Of a stretch of DNA of 64,000 nucleotides, positions 13,801-26,900 are shown one piece after another. Origin of the DNA: Microthyrium microscopicum (lineage: Eukaryota); the NCBI GenBank assembly GCA_010405405.1, contig MU004233.1, positions 2,706,539 through 2,770,538 of the forward strand, written 5' to 3'. A program made the position numbers and the translations under genes. Each line of letters begins with the position of its first letter. Within the stretch, counting starts at the first letter, position 1. The notes below the pieces were generated by a model. That model was not told the origin of the DNA. It was given only the letters and a program-made list of their open reading frames with translations, and did no database searches.

Positions 13801-14779
13801 TGCGAATGCGATAAGTTGACAAGGCTGGAGTTTGGCGGGACACAGCTGGATAGCTGACAGAACAAGGAGGAGAGGTCAGTCGAACAAGCCGAGTGGAAGG
13901 GACAGTCTGAAAGAAAGATTGAAAGAGTAGAAGGCTGAAAGTCAGGAAAAGACTGATCGAATGACAGGTAGATAAATGATACAAGTGTCAGATTGTGATG
14001 GTGAAGCGTGTCCTTTCACAGTCGGTGACTTTTCTGCGACGTTACTGGCATTAAGCATGGGGAGCTAGCTTCATAGGACAAGGCATGGGTTTGAAGCTAG
14101 CTGTGATAGGCCAAGGCCGATAGAAGCCCTTGCCCTGATCGGATCGGATCCAGATCCATACCAGTAGATTAGATGGATAAGATCTACCCGTTATCCAACC
14201 ACATGTCGTGCCTTTACTTTTCCTTCAACCTCCAATCCACTCTCATACAGGTGCAGACTGAGCTCAGCCCCTCTAAACACTCTTGGTCAGGCTGAGAATC
14301 ATGTCAGGCTTGCCCCGGGCGGTCTGTCTGGCTACTCGTAGCCACAGAACAATGGCATGGCCATTGCGGGGAGGCTCACTCCGCAGACCTGTCAAACTTG
14401 AGAAGCGCTTGTATGCCTTACACAACTCCAAATGAGCCGGCATTCGCGTTGAGAGCTGTTATATGATTCCTTTTTTCCTTTGAAGTATCCTCAAGGATCG
14501 AACTCGCTTCTTCCTGCGAGGCTGCAAACTCAACTGATCGATTACAGGCTATCAGTCTCCTAAACACTATCAGGTTGCGTACGAGATATCTCCTTACTAG
14601 TACTTAATAACAGCGTCATCAGTCGTATTACCCTGGAGGACAACTTTGTCCTCATTCCTGTCAAGCAAGGACAATTGTCTCAATAGCCACTGTCAGGGCG
14701 CTATAATTTCTCTGCTTACTATATGCAGTCCCTTTTCTAGACCCTTTGCATTGCTTCACTAGTTTTTAGCAACGCCAAA

Positions 14780-17700
14780 ATGGTTCTTGACCCATTTTCT
14801 GCCCTTAGTTTAGCCGGCAACATTGTCCAGTTTATTGATTTCGGAATCGGACTTCTGTCTGAGACGCATGAGATATACAACTCTGCCGACGGAAGTTTGG
14901 GAAGACATGCGCATATCGAGGGTATCGCAAACAGGCTACTGGAACTCAACAAGGCCATCGCAGCGATCCCTGAAACCGGCACAACCAACTACGAGAATGC
15001 GCTGGAGGTGCTTGGACAAGAATGCAAGCGAGATGGTGATCAGCTCATCAAAATCTTGAAGAAGCTTCGAGACGACAAAAAACAGGGAAAATGGGGTAGT
15101 TTCCGTCAAGCCATGAGAGCTATATGTAAAGAAGAGAAGATCGAAGAGCTGGAAAAACGACTGGAAACCTACCGCAATGAGGTGATCGCTCAAATAATGG
15201 TAATGCTTAGGTTTGCCTCCCCAACTATAGCTTGTTTAGCTTTGGTCTTGAGCACTAACATGCCACAGCGATCGCCAGTCATCGGTACTGAGTATTTTGA
15301 AGTCACTGGTCGAAGAGAGTCGCGGTATGAACCAACAAAGGACAGAGCAATTGCAGTACATGCAACGCAAGATTGATGAAATCAACAGATCGACTTCATC
15401 TAGAGTTGACATACCGAAATTGCCTATCTTACACACTAACTTGTCTGGCATGGCCTCGACTGGCTCAGATATCTGGATTGAGCAGGCAATTCTTCAAAGT
15501 TTGAGATTCAGAGAGATTCAAGTGCGATTCCACAAAATACCTGAAGCTCATGCAAGAACATTCGGTTGGATATTTGGGCGTCCAGCTCCAAGTCAGAATC
15601 CGGAGCTATGTCGAAACTCTTGTGTAGGAACACTGCCGAATGTCAAGTTTATTGATTGGCTTGAAGACTCCACCCCACAAACTTCTCTTTACTGGATAGC
15701 TGGAAAGGCCGGTGCTGGCAAATCAACACTGATGAAATTTCTTAGTGATCACGAAGAGACAAAACGTGCACTTGCATCTTGGGCCGGCTCCAATCCATTG
15801 GTAATAGCTAGCTATTTCTTTTGGTGTTTTGGTACACAGTTGCAAAAGTCCCAGGAAGGTCTTCTCCAGACTCTATTGTACGAAATATGTCGACAATGCC
15901 CGCATCTGATCAGAAGTTGCTGTCCATGGCGGATGGGACCGCTCGCACGTGACGCATGGTCTCTCTCAGAGCTAAGAAAGGCTCTCCATAACCTGAAGAC
16001 CGGATTAGTTGAGTCGACAAAATTTTTCGTCTTCGTAGACGGCTTGGACGAATATGACGGTGACACGAGAGAAATCGTGGAGGCCATCGAGGATTTGTCC
16101 AGTCTGCCCAACATCAAGCTCTGTGTCTCAAGTCGGCCATGGACAATATTCAGAGAAAAGTTTGGACAAGACCAAGACAGGCATTTGTTTGTACAAGATC
16201 TTACCAAAGGGGACATCAATCTATACGTCCGGAATACCTTTGAAGCCGACAGCAATTTCCTGCAAGCGAAAGTAGAGGATGAAAAATATGAAGACTTGGT
16301 CACTGATATTGTTATCAAGGCAGAAGGAGTCTTTTTATGGGTCATCTTGGTTGTCAAGTCTCTTCTCAACGGACTGACAAATGAGGATAGCTTACGAGCT
16401 ATGCATGATCGGCTCAACAGGCTGCCTGCTGATCTAGAGGATTTTTTCCACCATATGCTTAAATCTGTCGAACCTGTCTATCAAGAGAAAATGGCCCGAA
16501 CCTTCCAAGTCGCCATTGCAGGTGATGGGCCTTTACCGGTCCTGGTTTACTCGCATCTGGATGACATAGAAGAATGTCCCGATTACGCGTTGCGCTTGGC
16601 TTTATATCCCATTGTCCGCACCACAGGTGTGTGTTCGCCGGAAACCGAAGCAATGTTCATGACAGATTTCAAGAAAGGAGAGCGTCAAATGCAAAAGCGG
16701 TTGGACGCAAGGACCAAAGGACTTCTTGAGGTTGTGAGAGAAACCACCAATCGCAACGAGTTGGTCAATAAGGTCAGCTTTCTGCACAGGACCGTGGGAG
16801 ATTTTGTCAAACGAGAAGAAATCATGTCCGAATTTACGAAGATAACTGGCAGCACTTTCAACGTCAACGTTATGCTCTGCCACGCCTTGTTGGCGACTAT
16901 CAAGGCGCTACCGGGCATATCAGACGGTCGGTTCATTCTTACAATACTAAATGATCTTGTACATCCCCTGCTGGACCACGCCTATAGTGAGGAGATCGGG
17001 CAGAGGGCTGCGCAGATCGAAGTCATTGACGAGCTCGAAAGATCGTTGACATATTATCATCCGATCCATTTTCCAGTGAGTCTAGTGCTCGGTGTGCCAA
17101 TAAGTTTAGGAGAAGTGTTGAATTCGGAAGGGTCAAAATCACTGATCGACTGAGAAGTTAGGCCACGCACAGTTTTCGAACTCTGCGTACTGCATGGATT
17201 ATCTTTATACGTGGAAACAAAACTGGATCCTTCACTTCCACTCGAAACAAACAAGAAGGACCCCGCCCGGGCATCATTGTTACAGGCACGTCCCTTTTCT
17301 GACAGGAAGCTTGATCTCGCAGACATTGTTCAATTTCTGGTAAAGAAAGGCGCCGACTTAAATGCTCTCCAGGGCAAGTCAACCATATGGGGAGTTTTCA
17401 TGAAATGCGTGATCAAAAATCACTGGCTCGCTTCCATGCGTCCCTGTTCCCGGCGAGTACTCGATTTGATGGAAGCAATGCTATGCGGCGGTGCTGATCC
17501 TAATGTAGAGGATGTATTTCATGAACTGGTTTGTCCAAAAGCGGTGCAAAGTAGTAGTCAACAAGCGATCATGCTCTTTCTCAAATATGGGGCAAACCCC
17601 AATAAACCACACGGAACAACAACAGTCTGGCAATCCCACGTAGATGCATTGTATGCAGAAAGTCGAATAGCAAGGGAGCGCACTGCCGAATTTGAATTAA

Positions 17701-17972
17701 CGATAATGCTACTAGAATTTGGTGCCAATGCAGATGCCTCAATATGGAAGGAAAGCGGAAAGTTTCAACGCTCCAAATCTGGAGAGCCAAGCCGTCAAGG
17801 TCGTCCTATATATCAGGCTCCCGCAGAGGTTTTCCGAAAGGTATTCACCAAGGAACAAGCAGACAGACTAATAGGGATGTCGCAGCCAAATTGGACGGAA
17901 CAGAAACGGCTGCATCATGGACTGTTTAGGAAGATGCGGAGTTTGCTGAAGTCTTCAGGACTAGGTACCTAA
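14780..17972 (+). CDS. Fungal NLR-like protein: helical N-terminal STAND-associated domain, NACHT NTPase, degenerate ankyrin-like C-terminus (in-frame TGA at 17151)
   Basis: DPFSALSLAGNIVQFIDF N-terminus; intron 15211-15268; Walker A GKAGAGKS, Walker B FVFVDGLDE, CVSSRP, AEGVFLWV; GADLN/GADPN/GANPN repeats. Confidence 0.85.
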
Positions 17973-18804
17973 GAGTACTCTACTCTAGGCAGTAGGGTAG
18001 GTAGGCTGATGGAGTAGCACGTTTTGACAGCCCACAATACATAGTTCTCCTCCATGCAATGTAGCGCATAGTTGTACATAACAGTAGTAGAGGACTCTAC
18101 TCTGCACAAGCTTAAAATGTACTGCCACTCGAGGACGTGGCGTACTGTGACTGAGATTGAGATTGAGACCCTTCAGGCTTCAGTTGTCATCCATGCGATC
18201 TAAAGCTTTTCATACCTGAGAATCAGTGACCAGGTACGTCTTTATTATGTACCTTCCTATCAGAAATCGGTACAAGATACAAGCTGACAACGTACCTCAA
18301 AATGCGGTGGGCTAAAGCAACGGTCGGGCATAGTGACCAGCCCAATGGAAGACCATTCGACGAATAGCAAACGACTTTGGATTTAACGGGTAGATTCGAG
18401 ATTGAGTATCAAACATCAAAAAATAGGAGGACAGAAAATTTGACGGGCACTGCTTCAGATGTTGAACGCCACTGTCGCCTTCAGCGAGTAAAGGAGGATG
18501 TAGAGACTGTGATTGGACGAAATGGAGGACCAACCCCATGTTCAGTTAGCGCTTCCAAGCATCACCATCTCTTGCCTCTGATATTCACGGCGCTTACAGC
18601 CACGGCCTATACCCATTCTCTCGTGCTTCAGGAGTACCTTCAGGGAGAGCTTCAAGCTTATTTTGTCACCTTGTACCATCTCCTAACTCTATACTATCTT
18701 CACCTCCTAATATATCGTTTGCGCGACACCTTCCTCCTCACCGAACCTCTTGATATCATCTTCTAAACCCCTCTCCAAGCTTACGCCCTCCCCGCGCGCC
18801 CAAC

Positions 18805-21800
18805 ATGGCACATCACGGCCGCCCAGACGAAGAAATGTTTCTTAGACAGAACTCGGACCAACCAGTACCCGCCGTTGGTCCTCTGCGCATTAATAAAGCT
18901 GGCGCCGCTTCTGGTACTCCTCCTCCACGAACCTCTGCTTCTCCCGCCGCAGTCATGCATCCGGCCTCAAGACCCCCTACTGGCCCTCTGCCATATCCCG
19001 ATGATAGACCTCGTCCAACTGGAACTCCTGAAGGACGGTTACGAGGAGATAGTGTTACAGATCCTTTCAACTCGTCGCCTAGAGCAAAATTCACCGCCAA
19101 CGATCCGAATCGCCCAACCGTTGCTGGTTATGCCCATCCTCCCCTATCCGCAGGCAGAAATGCTTCGCCTGCCAACTCTCATAACAGTAGCGAGCGAGAC
19201 TCGGCAGATGGTCTTTTCCAAAGGCCTTTAAACCGAGTGCCTACTGAACCACCAACTGCTGAAGCTGGCTCAAACCCATATCCAGAATACCACCAGCAAT
19301 ACTGGCCACCTCCGGCCAATGGGGCGGGATCCGATGAACATCAAGATAATCTCAACGTTCCAGGAAACGCAAATTCGGGACTAAGTCGATTTGACTCTGT
19401 CGCGTCAGTCATGACAACCCGTGCCACTCGAGGCTCTCCTCCACCTCCGGAGACTCCAATTGCCCAACCGAGCAATGATATCGAATCGCGCTTTGCGGCT
19501 GCTGGATTCGCAAAGCCTGGAGGAGCAGTTGCACCCTCAAATGCTGCTGGAAGTGCTGGTCCAGGCAACACTGCCGCGGTCATGGGTCCTGCAGCGCTGA
19601 GTGCTGCAGCAAATCAGAGAGCCGCCCAATATTCTGGAGTGCAACAGCGACGTCAGGAAACACCGCCAGTCGCTCAGCCGGTTGCCCAACCTGTGCAAGA
19701 GAGCACTCGGCCATGGACACCTCCACGCACCGGATCTGGTGCAGGTAGACCAGGCAATGCGCCAGTATATTCTCCACCACCAGGAACCTCTATCACAGAT
19801 GTGCCCCCTGTCCAACATGCAGAGCACGCGCTCGAGCACGATTTCAGAGGGATGAATGTGAATGATGAGCCGCCACCAGCTTATGACAGCGTTGCTTCTC
19901 CTGCTCCTGGCAATCGTTATCCAAATGAAAAGGGTAGACCAGCTAATGTTGTGGTTGCTCAACCTACACCTACTGCTGCGCAACAACCACATAACCAAGG
20001 ACATCCAGCTTTTGATCCAAGAACACAAACAGGACAAACACCCTCCCCAGCTCCTTATGCAGGCTCAGTAGCAGGATCTGCTTCCGGTCATTATGCTGGA
20101 TCAAGTAAAGGTACACCACAGCCGATAAATGCTTCTCCCGCTCCATCCGCTCTTCCAGTCTCACCACCACCTCTACCAGAAGGCTGGATTGCACATTTAG
20201 ATCCAGGTTCAGGTCAGTACTACTATATCCATCTGGCAAGCCAAGCGACGCAATGGGAATTCCCCAAAGGTCCAAATCCACTAGATCCACCCCTCTCTCC
20301 CACGGGTACTTTCGTTGGTAGCATGGCATCTCCAATTACTGGCAGTTTCAATATGGGTAGCTCAAAACTACCGTTGGCTTCACCTGGTTTCCCTGTTCCA
20401 CAAACTGCTACATTCAGACCAGACGGCTATCTCAGCATGGCTAGTATTGCCAGTCCAACTGCTGTAGGCTTTACAGGACCACCACCAACCGCCGGTGTAG
20501 AGATCTTCAAAGTCGCACCATCAAATGGAGTCTACTTTGGTCCATATTTAAGATATACCAATATGGATATCGAACGTGGATACTGGCTTGGTTCTATTAT
20601 GCTAATAACCGACATTGCCTCCCCTCCAACAATTCATCTTCATCAAAGTGTAGATCTCTCTCCCAACCCTCGGCAACTCAAAGCAAATCCAATTCACAGT
20701 CATCAAAGATGGATGTTCTATCGCTATGACATTGAAATTAAGATGGAAGATCAAGGCGCCAAATGGACATATGCTATTACCTCCCATCTTGGTTGCACAC
20801 GATATGAATTCCTTGTTGCTGGCCAGCACGAAACAAGTTGGCGATTTATTGCTCATTCTGGCAATGACTTCGCTGTAAACGTCAATGCCAACGAACGGTC
20901 GAAGCTTGGTGGTGTTGGTTTCATGTGGAAAGACATCCTGCAAAAGCACATTGAATGTAATGGATTTCATTGTCAAATTGGTTTGGGTGATCAGATCTTT
21001 GGGGACAGAATGTGGAGAGAGATACCTACTCTCCGCGAATGGACCGGCATGAGTGGTAAAGAAAACCGAAAGAACGCTCCTTGGACGCCGAAACATGAAG
21101 AAGATGTCACACATGCTTATTTCCATTACTATACAAGTCACTTTGATCAACCACATCTTCGAGAAGCATGGGCGCAAATTCCTCACATCTTGACCCTGGA
21201 TCATCATGACATGTAAGTCGCTTTCATGCTTTCGATGTGCTCATTCTAATCAATGCTTTAGCTTCGATGGTTTCGGCTCATATCCCGACTTTATGCAACA
21301 GTCCAATATCTTCAAGAATATTGGTCGCATTGGTGTTGACATGTACCTCCTCTTCCAGCATCACACCACCGTTGATCTACTACGAAACGTTCATGACGAC
21401 ACTGACCTCTTTACCATAACTGGCGCCGGCTGGCATTTTATCAAATACCTCGGCCCAGCTGTTACAGTCGTTGGCCCCGATACTCGATCAGAACGCACTC
21501 TCCACCAAGTTATGGCCGGTCCCACATATCAGGGCCTATTTCCCAAGATCGCTCTACTACCACCCAGTGTACAACATTGTGTATGGCTACTTCCAGTGCC
21601 GGTTATCTACCCACGCCTGGAAAGCATGGAACATATCACCAACACCGTCGCATCTGGCAAGAAAATGGCAACAGGAACTTTCAACATGGTCGGCAAAGTT
21701 ACTAGCTCGCTGGCCGGTGTAGTTGGAGCCAAAGGTGCAGTAGGTGACGGTTTCAATGCCGTCAAGAAAGCAGTCGGCAAATCCGGTCTAATGTCTGGCA

Positions 21801-22470
21801 TCCTAAGTCCATTTGGCGGCATCGACATGCTCGATGAACTCCGCGACCAATGGACTCATGAATCAAAGGTACACTTTACCTCATCCCAATACCCTTTTAA
21901 CCTTCAAAAACTAACCTAATCCAGGATCTCGAACGAACTTATCTAATCCGCACCCTCCAAGGAATAGCCCACAACAAATCCCTCCGCATGACATTCCTGT
22001 CCGGTAATGTAAACTCCTGCGGCGCCGGTCTCCTTCACGACCCCTCGCACCCCCAAGACCACAAAACAATGTATCAAATCATCACCGCGCCCGTCGTCAA
22101 CGCCCCTCCCTCCGGCTACGTCCTCCGGCTCCTCCACAACAACAAGCCCCTATATGTGCCCGCCAATGGCCACCGCTCAACCAACCAACCTTCAGATACC
22201 AAAGAGGACATGATGGAGATCTTTAGCCAGGATGTCACAGGCAATCCACGTGAATTGAAGAGATTGATGGCCAGGAGGAATTATGTTGCGTGCGTGGCGT
22301 TTGATCCAGAGTTGGTGCAGGGTGCTTTTGGCGCGCCGCCGACGCCAGGGGGTGGACAGCAGGGACGACTGAGTTTGGCAGTGGATTTTATGGTGCAGGG
22401 AGATGGGGTTTATGCGGGAGCGGTTAAGTATGGGCCGGTTATCGTGCCTAGTGTTGAGTATGGACGATGA
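18805..22470 (+). CDS. Pro-rich WW-domain protein with C-terminal PhoD-like metallophosphatase domain
   Basis: WW domain LPEGWIAHLDPGSGQYYYIHLASQATQWEFP; GDQIFGD, DHHD, FDGFGSYP motifs; introns ~21212-21261 and ~21869-21925. Confidence 0.85.
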
Positions 22471-22973
22471 GCTGGCCATGGACTGAGATGTGTGCACAGA
22501 GAATGGGCGTGTAGAGAGAAGTCTGTAGAGAGGGTGTGTGTATTGATTTGCGATTGCATGGACGGTGTAGGTTCATTGGGTGGTTTTGGTGGGGTTTTCA
22601 TAGCGTAGATATTCTTCTTTTTCTGAATGATGGCTTCATGGCATTTCTATTCATTCTTCATACTTCTTATATCCTTATCACGATATCCAGTTCTTTAAGA
22701 AAGATTCATGTTCACTAAAGCACCGAATAGGTTGTTTCCAACCATTGATGGGTGTCCGCAAACATGGTAGATTCTATCAGCTACGCAAGACCGTCCTTGC
22801 TCAGATTAGCAAAGTGACGATTCTTCTGGGTGAGATAGTCTCCAGATGCTAGAGTAACGTCATTGTTCTGTAGAACCGACGACCTTAACATGTGTTAGCG
22901 ATTGACAATCGTCCTTGTAGAAACACGTACTGAAAAGACTGTTAGCAACCTGCATAGAACGACACCCGTAACA

Positions 22974-23576
22974 TCAGAAAACACTCACCTCATATTGGGG
23001 AAACGCTTCTATCTCGCAGTTGAGAATTAGTCGACACAAGACTATGGCTTCCCTTTTACCTTGCTCCTCCGAGACGAAGATGACATTCCCTTTGCATTGC
23101 TCCCAAGTCATGCTTTCGATCATCCAGCCACTGTCGTCAATTCTACGAGTTACATGTAGCAGGTAATGTCTATACCACCTCCAGCCTCGGCCGATGGTAA
23201 TTTTGGTAGTTCGTCCATCGTCGAGATCCACTACGTAGATGCTCCATTTATCATCCAGACTTTGAGGTGAAAATCCTTTCATGAGCTTTTCATAATCTGC
23301 GTCACTAATCGGCAGTTCCCAAAGTGTTGTTGCTGGGTCGATCATGGGCTTTTCTGGTGGGTCAGGGCAATCGTCGCCACCTTCAACTTCGGCGTCGTTC
23401 TCGGTAGCCATTGTGACGCCTGGGTATCTTTGAGCATGACCCATCGGTTGGTCTGGAGTGAGGACTGACTACGTACCGTGTTGCGAAATATCTTGGATGC
23501 TTTGGGCTGAATTGGCTATCCCAGCGTTGCGACTGGCCGCAATCTGGCTGAGGGCACTGCGGATTGCTGGATCCAT
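22974..23576 (-). CDS. Hypothetical protein (fungal family with GFxPQSxDDKW motif), 2 exons
   Basis: ORF 22974-23444 plus probable exon 1 from ATG 23576 via a GTACGT...CAG intron in phase. Confidence 0.65.
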
Positions 23577-23693
23577 TTTAATCCTGAATTTGTGTCATAA
23601 TCTGGAAGTACGTGCTTCGAAAGGTTACTGATTCTGTGTCAAGTGAGATCGTGGGCTTGTTCATGTAAGTTGCTGATGCCTCCCGTAGTACTA

Positions 23694-23840
23694 CCGTTTT
23701 TACCCTTTCAGTTGGGATAGGTTAGCGCGGTTTTTTAGGCGAGGTTTGTCCGTGAGCGATAGCGAGTCCCTGGCTAAATTCACAGCGCCACCAGCAAGAA
23801 AAAGCGCGCTAACCTATCCCAACTGAAAGGGTAAAAACGG
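23694..23840. mobile_element. 147-bp MITE of Tc1/mariner (pogo-like) type
   Basis: Perfect 36-bp terminal inverted repeats CCGTTTTTACCCTTTCAGTTGGGATAGGTTAGCGCG flanked by TA on both sides (23692-93, 23841-42); no ORF. Confidence 0.9.
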
Positions 23841-24499
23841 TAGGTACCTAATTGAAGCTTTAGATCCATGTCGAGGACCCTGCAGATCTTGCGGAGGGAT
23901 TCTAGTGCTTGGGAATATTTAGAACCGAAAGCCATTCCGGAGGGTCGGCAAACTGGATCCGTAATAATAGGCCCCTAATCCGTCGCTTAATTAGGAAAGG
24001 TTCTATTTAAGAATTAGTAGTAGTTATATAGCGCTAATAGAATCTATTAGCGCTATATAATAGAATTTAGCTCTAATTCTTAATAACGCTTTATTAGAAT
24101 AGTATTTATATAGAGTTTATATAGATATTAGATCTTAGCCTTAAGGTTAATAAAATATATAAAAAACTAATTAATTTTAAGTAGAAAACTAATTAATTTT
24201 AAGTATATTCTTAAAGCTATAAGTAAACTTAAGAATAGCTAAGACTCTTAAGAAAGCTATAGATTATAAAATACGCGCTAATAAAAAGATATAATCTTAT
24301 AGTAGTAATTTAGTAGTAGAAATTATTAGATTTAATATCTTTATATTCTATAACTTATATCTTTATATTCTAAAGCTTAATATCTTCTTTAAAGTTAAAA
24401 TATTTTAATAATCTACTTTAATACCTAGAATCTTAATTAAGAGTATACTTAGCTTATTTAAAGTAAACCTAATTTCCTCTCTTTTCTTTTATATCCTCT

Positions 24500-25560
24500 A
24501 GGGCCTTACTATATAAAATATACTTATATTAGTCTCTAGTTACTAATAAGCTATAGTGCTTATAAAGACCTTTTCTAGTTACTAGTTTCTTAGCTAGGGC
24601 TAAGATAATCTAACTAAATTAGTTAGAATCTATATTTATAATAAAGAATTATATAGTAGTAGTACTAGTAATACTCTAAGTAGTTAAAAAGGTATATTTT
24701 AGAAAAGCGTTATTTAAGATTTTAAGAGTATATCTAGTAGTAAAGTACTTATTAATTAAATAATAAAGAGTATTTTAAAAGATATAGTAATATAGTAGCG
24801 TAAAGAGAAGAATAAATACTATTTAGGAATAATTCTTAGTTCTAATTTATATTAAGAAGCTCTAGATATATAGATTATTATTAAAGACTAGTATAATTTA
24901 AGGGTATTAAGTAGAACTAACGCTTAGAAACTAGTTAATACGTATAGGTAAGAATAAGTTTAATAGCGTAATATTATTATAATAATATTTAGTAAGCGTT
25001 AGAAGCTAATTATTAAAGAAGATAAGACTTTACTATTATCTATAAATAATATATCTACTCTATCTATTTCTAGATTATTATTAATACTACTAGTTTAATC
25101 TTTATTAAAAGAATTCTTTAACTTTAATACTACTAGTTTAGGTCCTCTATTACTATAGTATATATATGCTTAAATATTAATACTTAAGCTTTTAATAAGT
25201 CTTAGCTTAAGAAGAAATAGAAGGGCTTAAAATCCTATAGTAAGATAAGTAAAGTATTAAAAAACGCTATCTTATATTAATAAGGTAGCCTTTATAATAA
25301 AAAAGTATTTTAAAAATACTAATAAGAAAGATAAAGAAGCTTATTATCTTATATAAGTATAGAATCTTATAGATATAGTTATTAATAATAGTAAAGGTAC
25401 GTTAAAATTATAATAAAATAAAGAGATATTATAAAATTTAAGAAGTATTAAAGCGTAGGTTTTTAGATTAAAAGAATAGGCTACTTAGCTTTTAGAGTAA
25501 TATTTAGAAATAGTAAAGAAACTTAGTTATAATTCTATAAATAAGCTTAGATAAATATAA
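24500..25560 (+). pseudogene. Harbinger accessory (Myb/SANT-like) ORF pseudogene
   Basis: De-RIPed frame reads LVRICIHHEELY...FWKSVIQDF...QEALDAWI, resembling fungal Harbinger ORF1; convergent with the transposase; ends approximate. Confidence 0.5.
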
Positions 25561-25569
25561 TTTTAATAT

Positions 25570-26900
25570 TCTTTATAAATTTTAGTAGTTAGTATAGATA
25601 TATTCTATTTATAGCTCTTTATAATATCTTCTAAAAGCTTTAAGAGTTAAATAAAATACTAACCCTAAATCTTTAATATCTTTATTCTTTAATATTTTAT
25701 AGGTACTTAACTATATCTCTTCTTTATTACTTCTTTAATATATAATATTCCTTCTAATCTTTAATAACTTTATAAATAAAACTATTAAATAAACTATTAG
25801 GATTTAGATAATCCTTAATTAATATTAGTAATATTCTAAAATATAAATTTACTAAATTCGTATAGTAATAGGTAAAATAGTTAGTTAATAAGAATGATAT
25901 ACCTAAATAATAGGTAATAGGTATTAAACTAACGTATAGGTTTAGCTTAAAATTAGATATTTCTTTACGTTATAATTCTTTTACCTATATAAAAAATTAC
26001 TTAATAAATATATACTTCTTTACTATAATTTAATTAAATTGCTACTTAGTAATATTTAGTAGGCTATTAAATAAGACTATTATAATATTACTACCTTAGT
26101 ATATAGTATCCTTATATAATTATTATTTTTAGTAGTAAAGAAATAGTTAATAAAGTTTATCTTTAAGATTTAATTCTAAAAGTATTATTTTATTATTAAT
26201 TGTCCTAAGATAACTAACGTTAATAGAGAGAATTATACTATTAGAATAGTATATAGCCTAGCTCTTTATATAGTATCTTTAAGTATAACTATTATAAAAT
26301 GCTTACTATTAATTCTCTTTACCTTCTAGTTAATAGATATTTATTATAGTAGCGTTAATAAAGCCTTAAAAGTAATCTCTACTACTAGTATTCTTTATAA
26401 TATCTATATATTCTTATATTTAATCTAGTATTAAAAGAGAGTAGAATTTTAAAAGCTTATAGTAGTAATGATAAAGATATATTAATATTTAATTAAAGTA
26501 ATCTTTTAATAGTATAGAACTCTTATAAAACTAATAAGAGAGGTTAAAATAAATATATAATTAAGATAGCCTTATTAGTACTAACGCTATTAGGAATTTA
26601 GCTTTATATAGTAGATTATAACGTTTCTTTAAGGAAAGGCTTTAGAAATCTATTAGATAAGCTAATTATTTAATTTCCTTTTTTAAAAACTTATTATATA
26701 CTAATTAGTACTATAGATATTCTTCTTTATAGCTTTAAATAACTATACTAATATTATAATACTATATTACTATTAAAGAAAAGATTAAGATTTTATTCTT
26801 AGTATTTATAGCTAATAGGTAGTTAATATTCTTAATTAATATAATCCTAATTAATATTATTAAGAAATTAGAAGAATTATAACGCTACTATAGCTACTTT
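25570..26900 (-). pseudogene. DDE_Tnp_4 (PIF/Harbinger) transposase pseudogene
   Basis: De-RIPed motifs in one frame: FWGFIDAT (GFIDAT at 26348-26365), ICRP...Q..FY.GH, PDG, ND..ML.ES.L, LYGDTAY (~26101-26119), FN..MA..RV.VE..F (~25990-26040); ends approximate. Confidence 0.8.

Noticed and set aside
14060..14195. GGATC/AGATC micro-repeats and a GGCCAAGGC motif upstream of the SERCA gene
   Set aside because: Short and low in information; a specific regulatory site cannot be supported.
22790..22970. Degenerate short direct repeats (tgttagc, tgtagaa, cgtccttg) between convergent genes
   Set aside because: Too degenerate to define a unit or function by eye.
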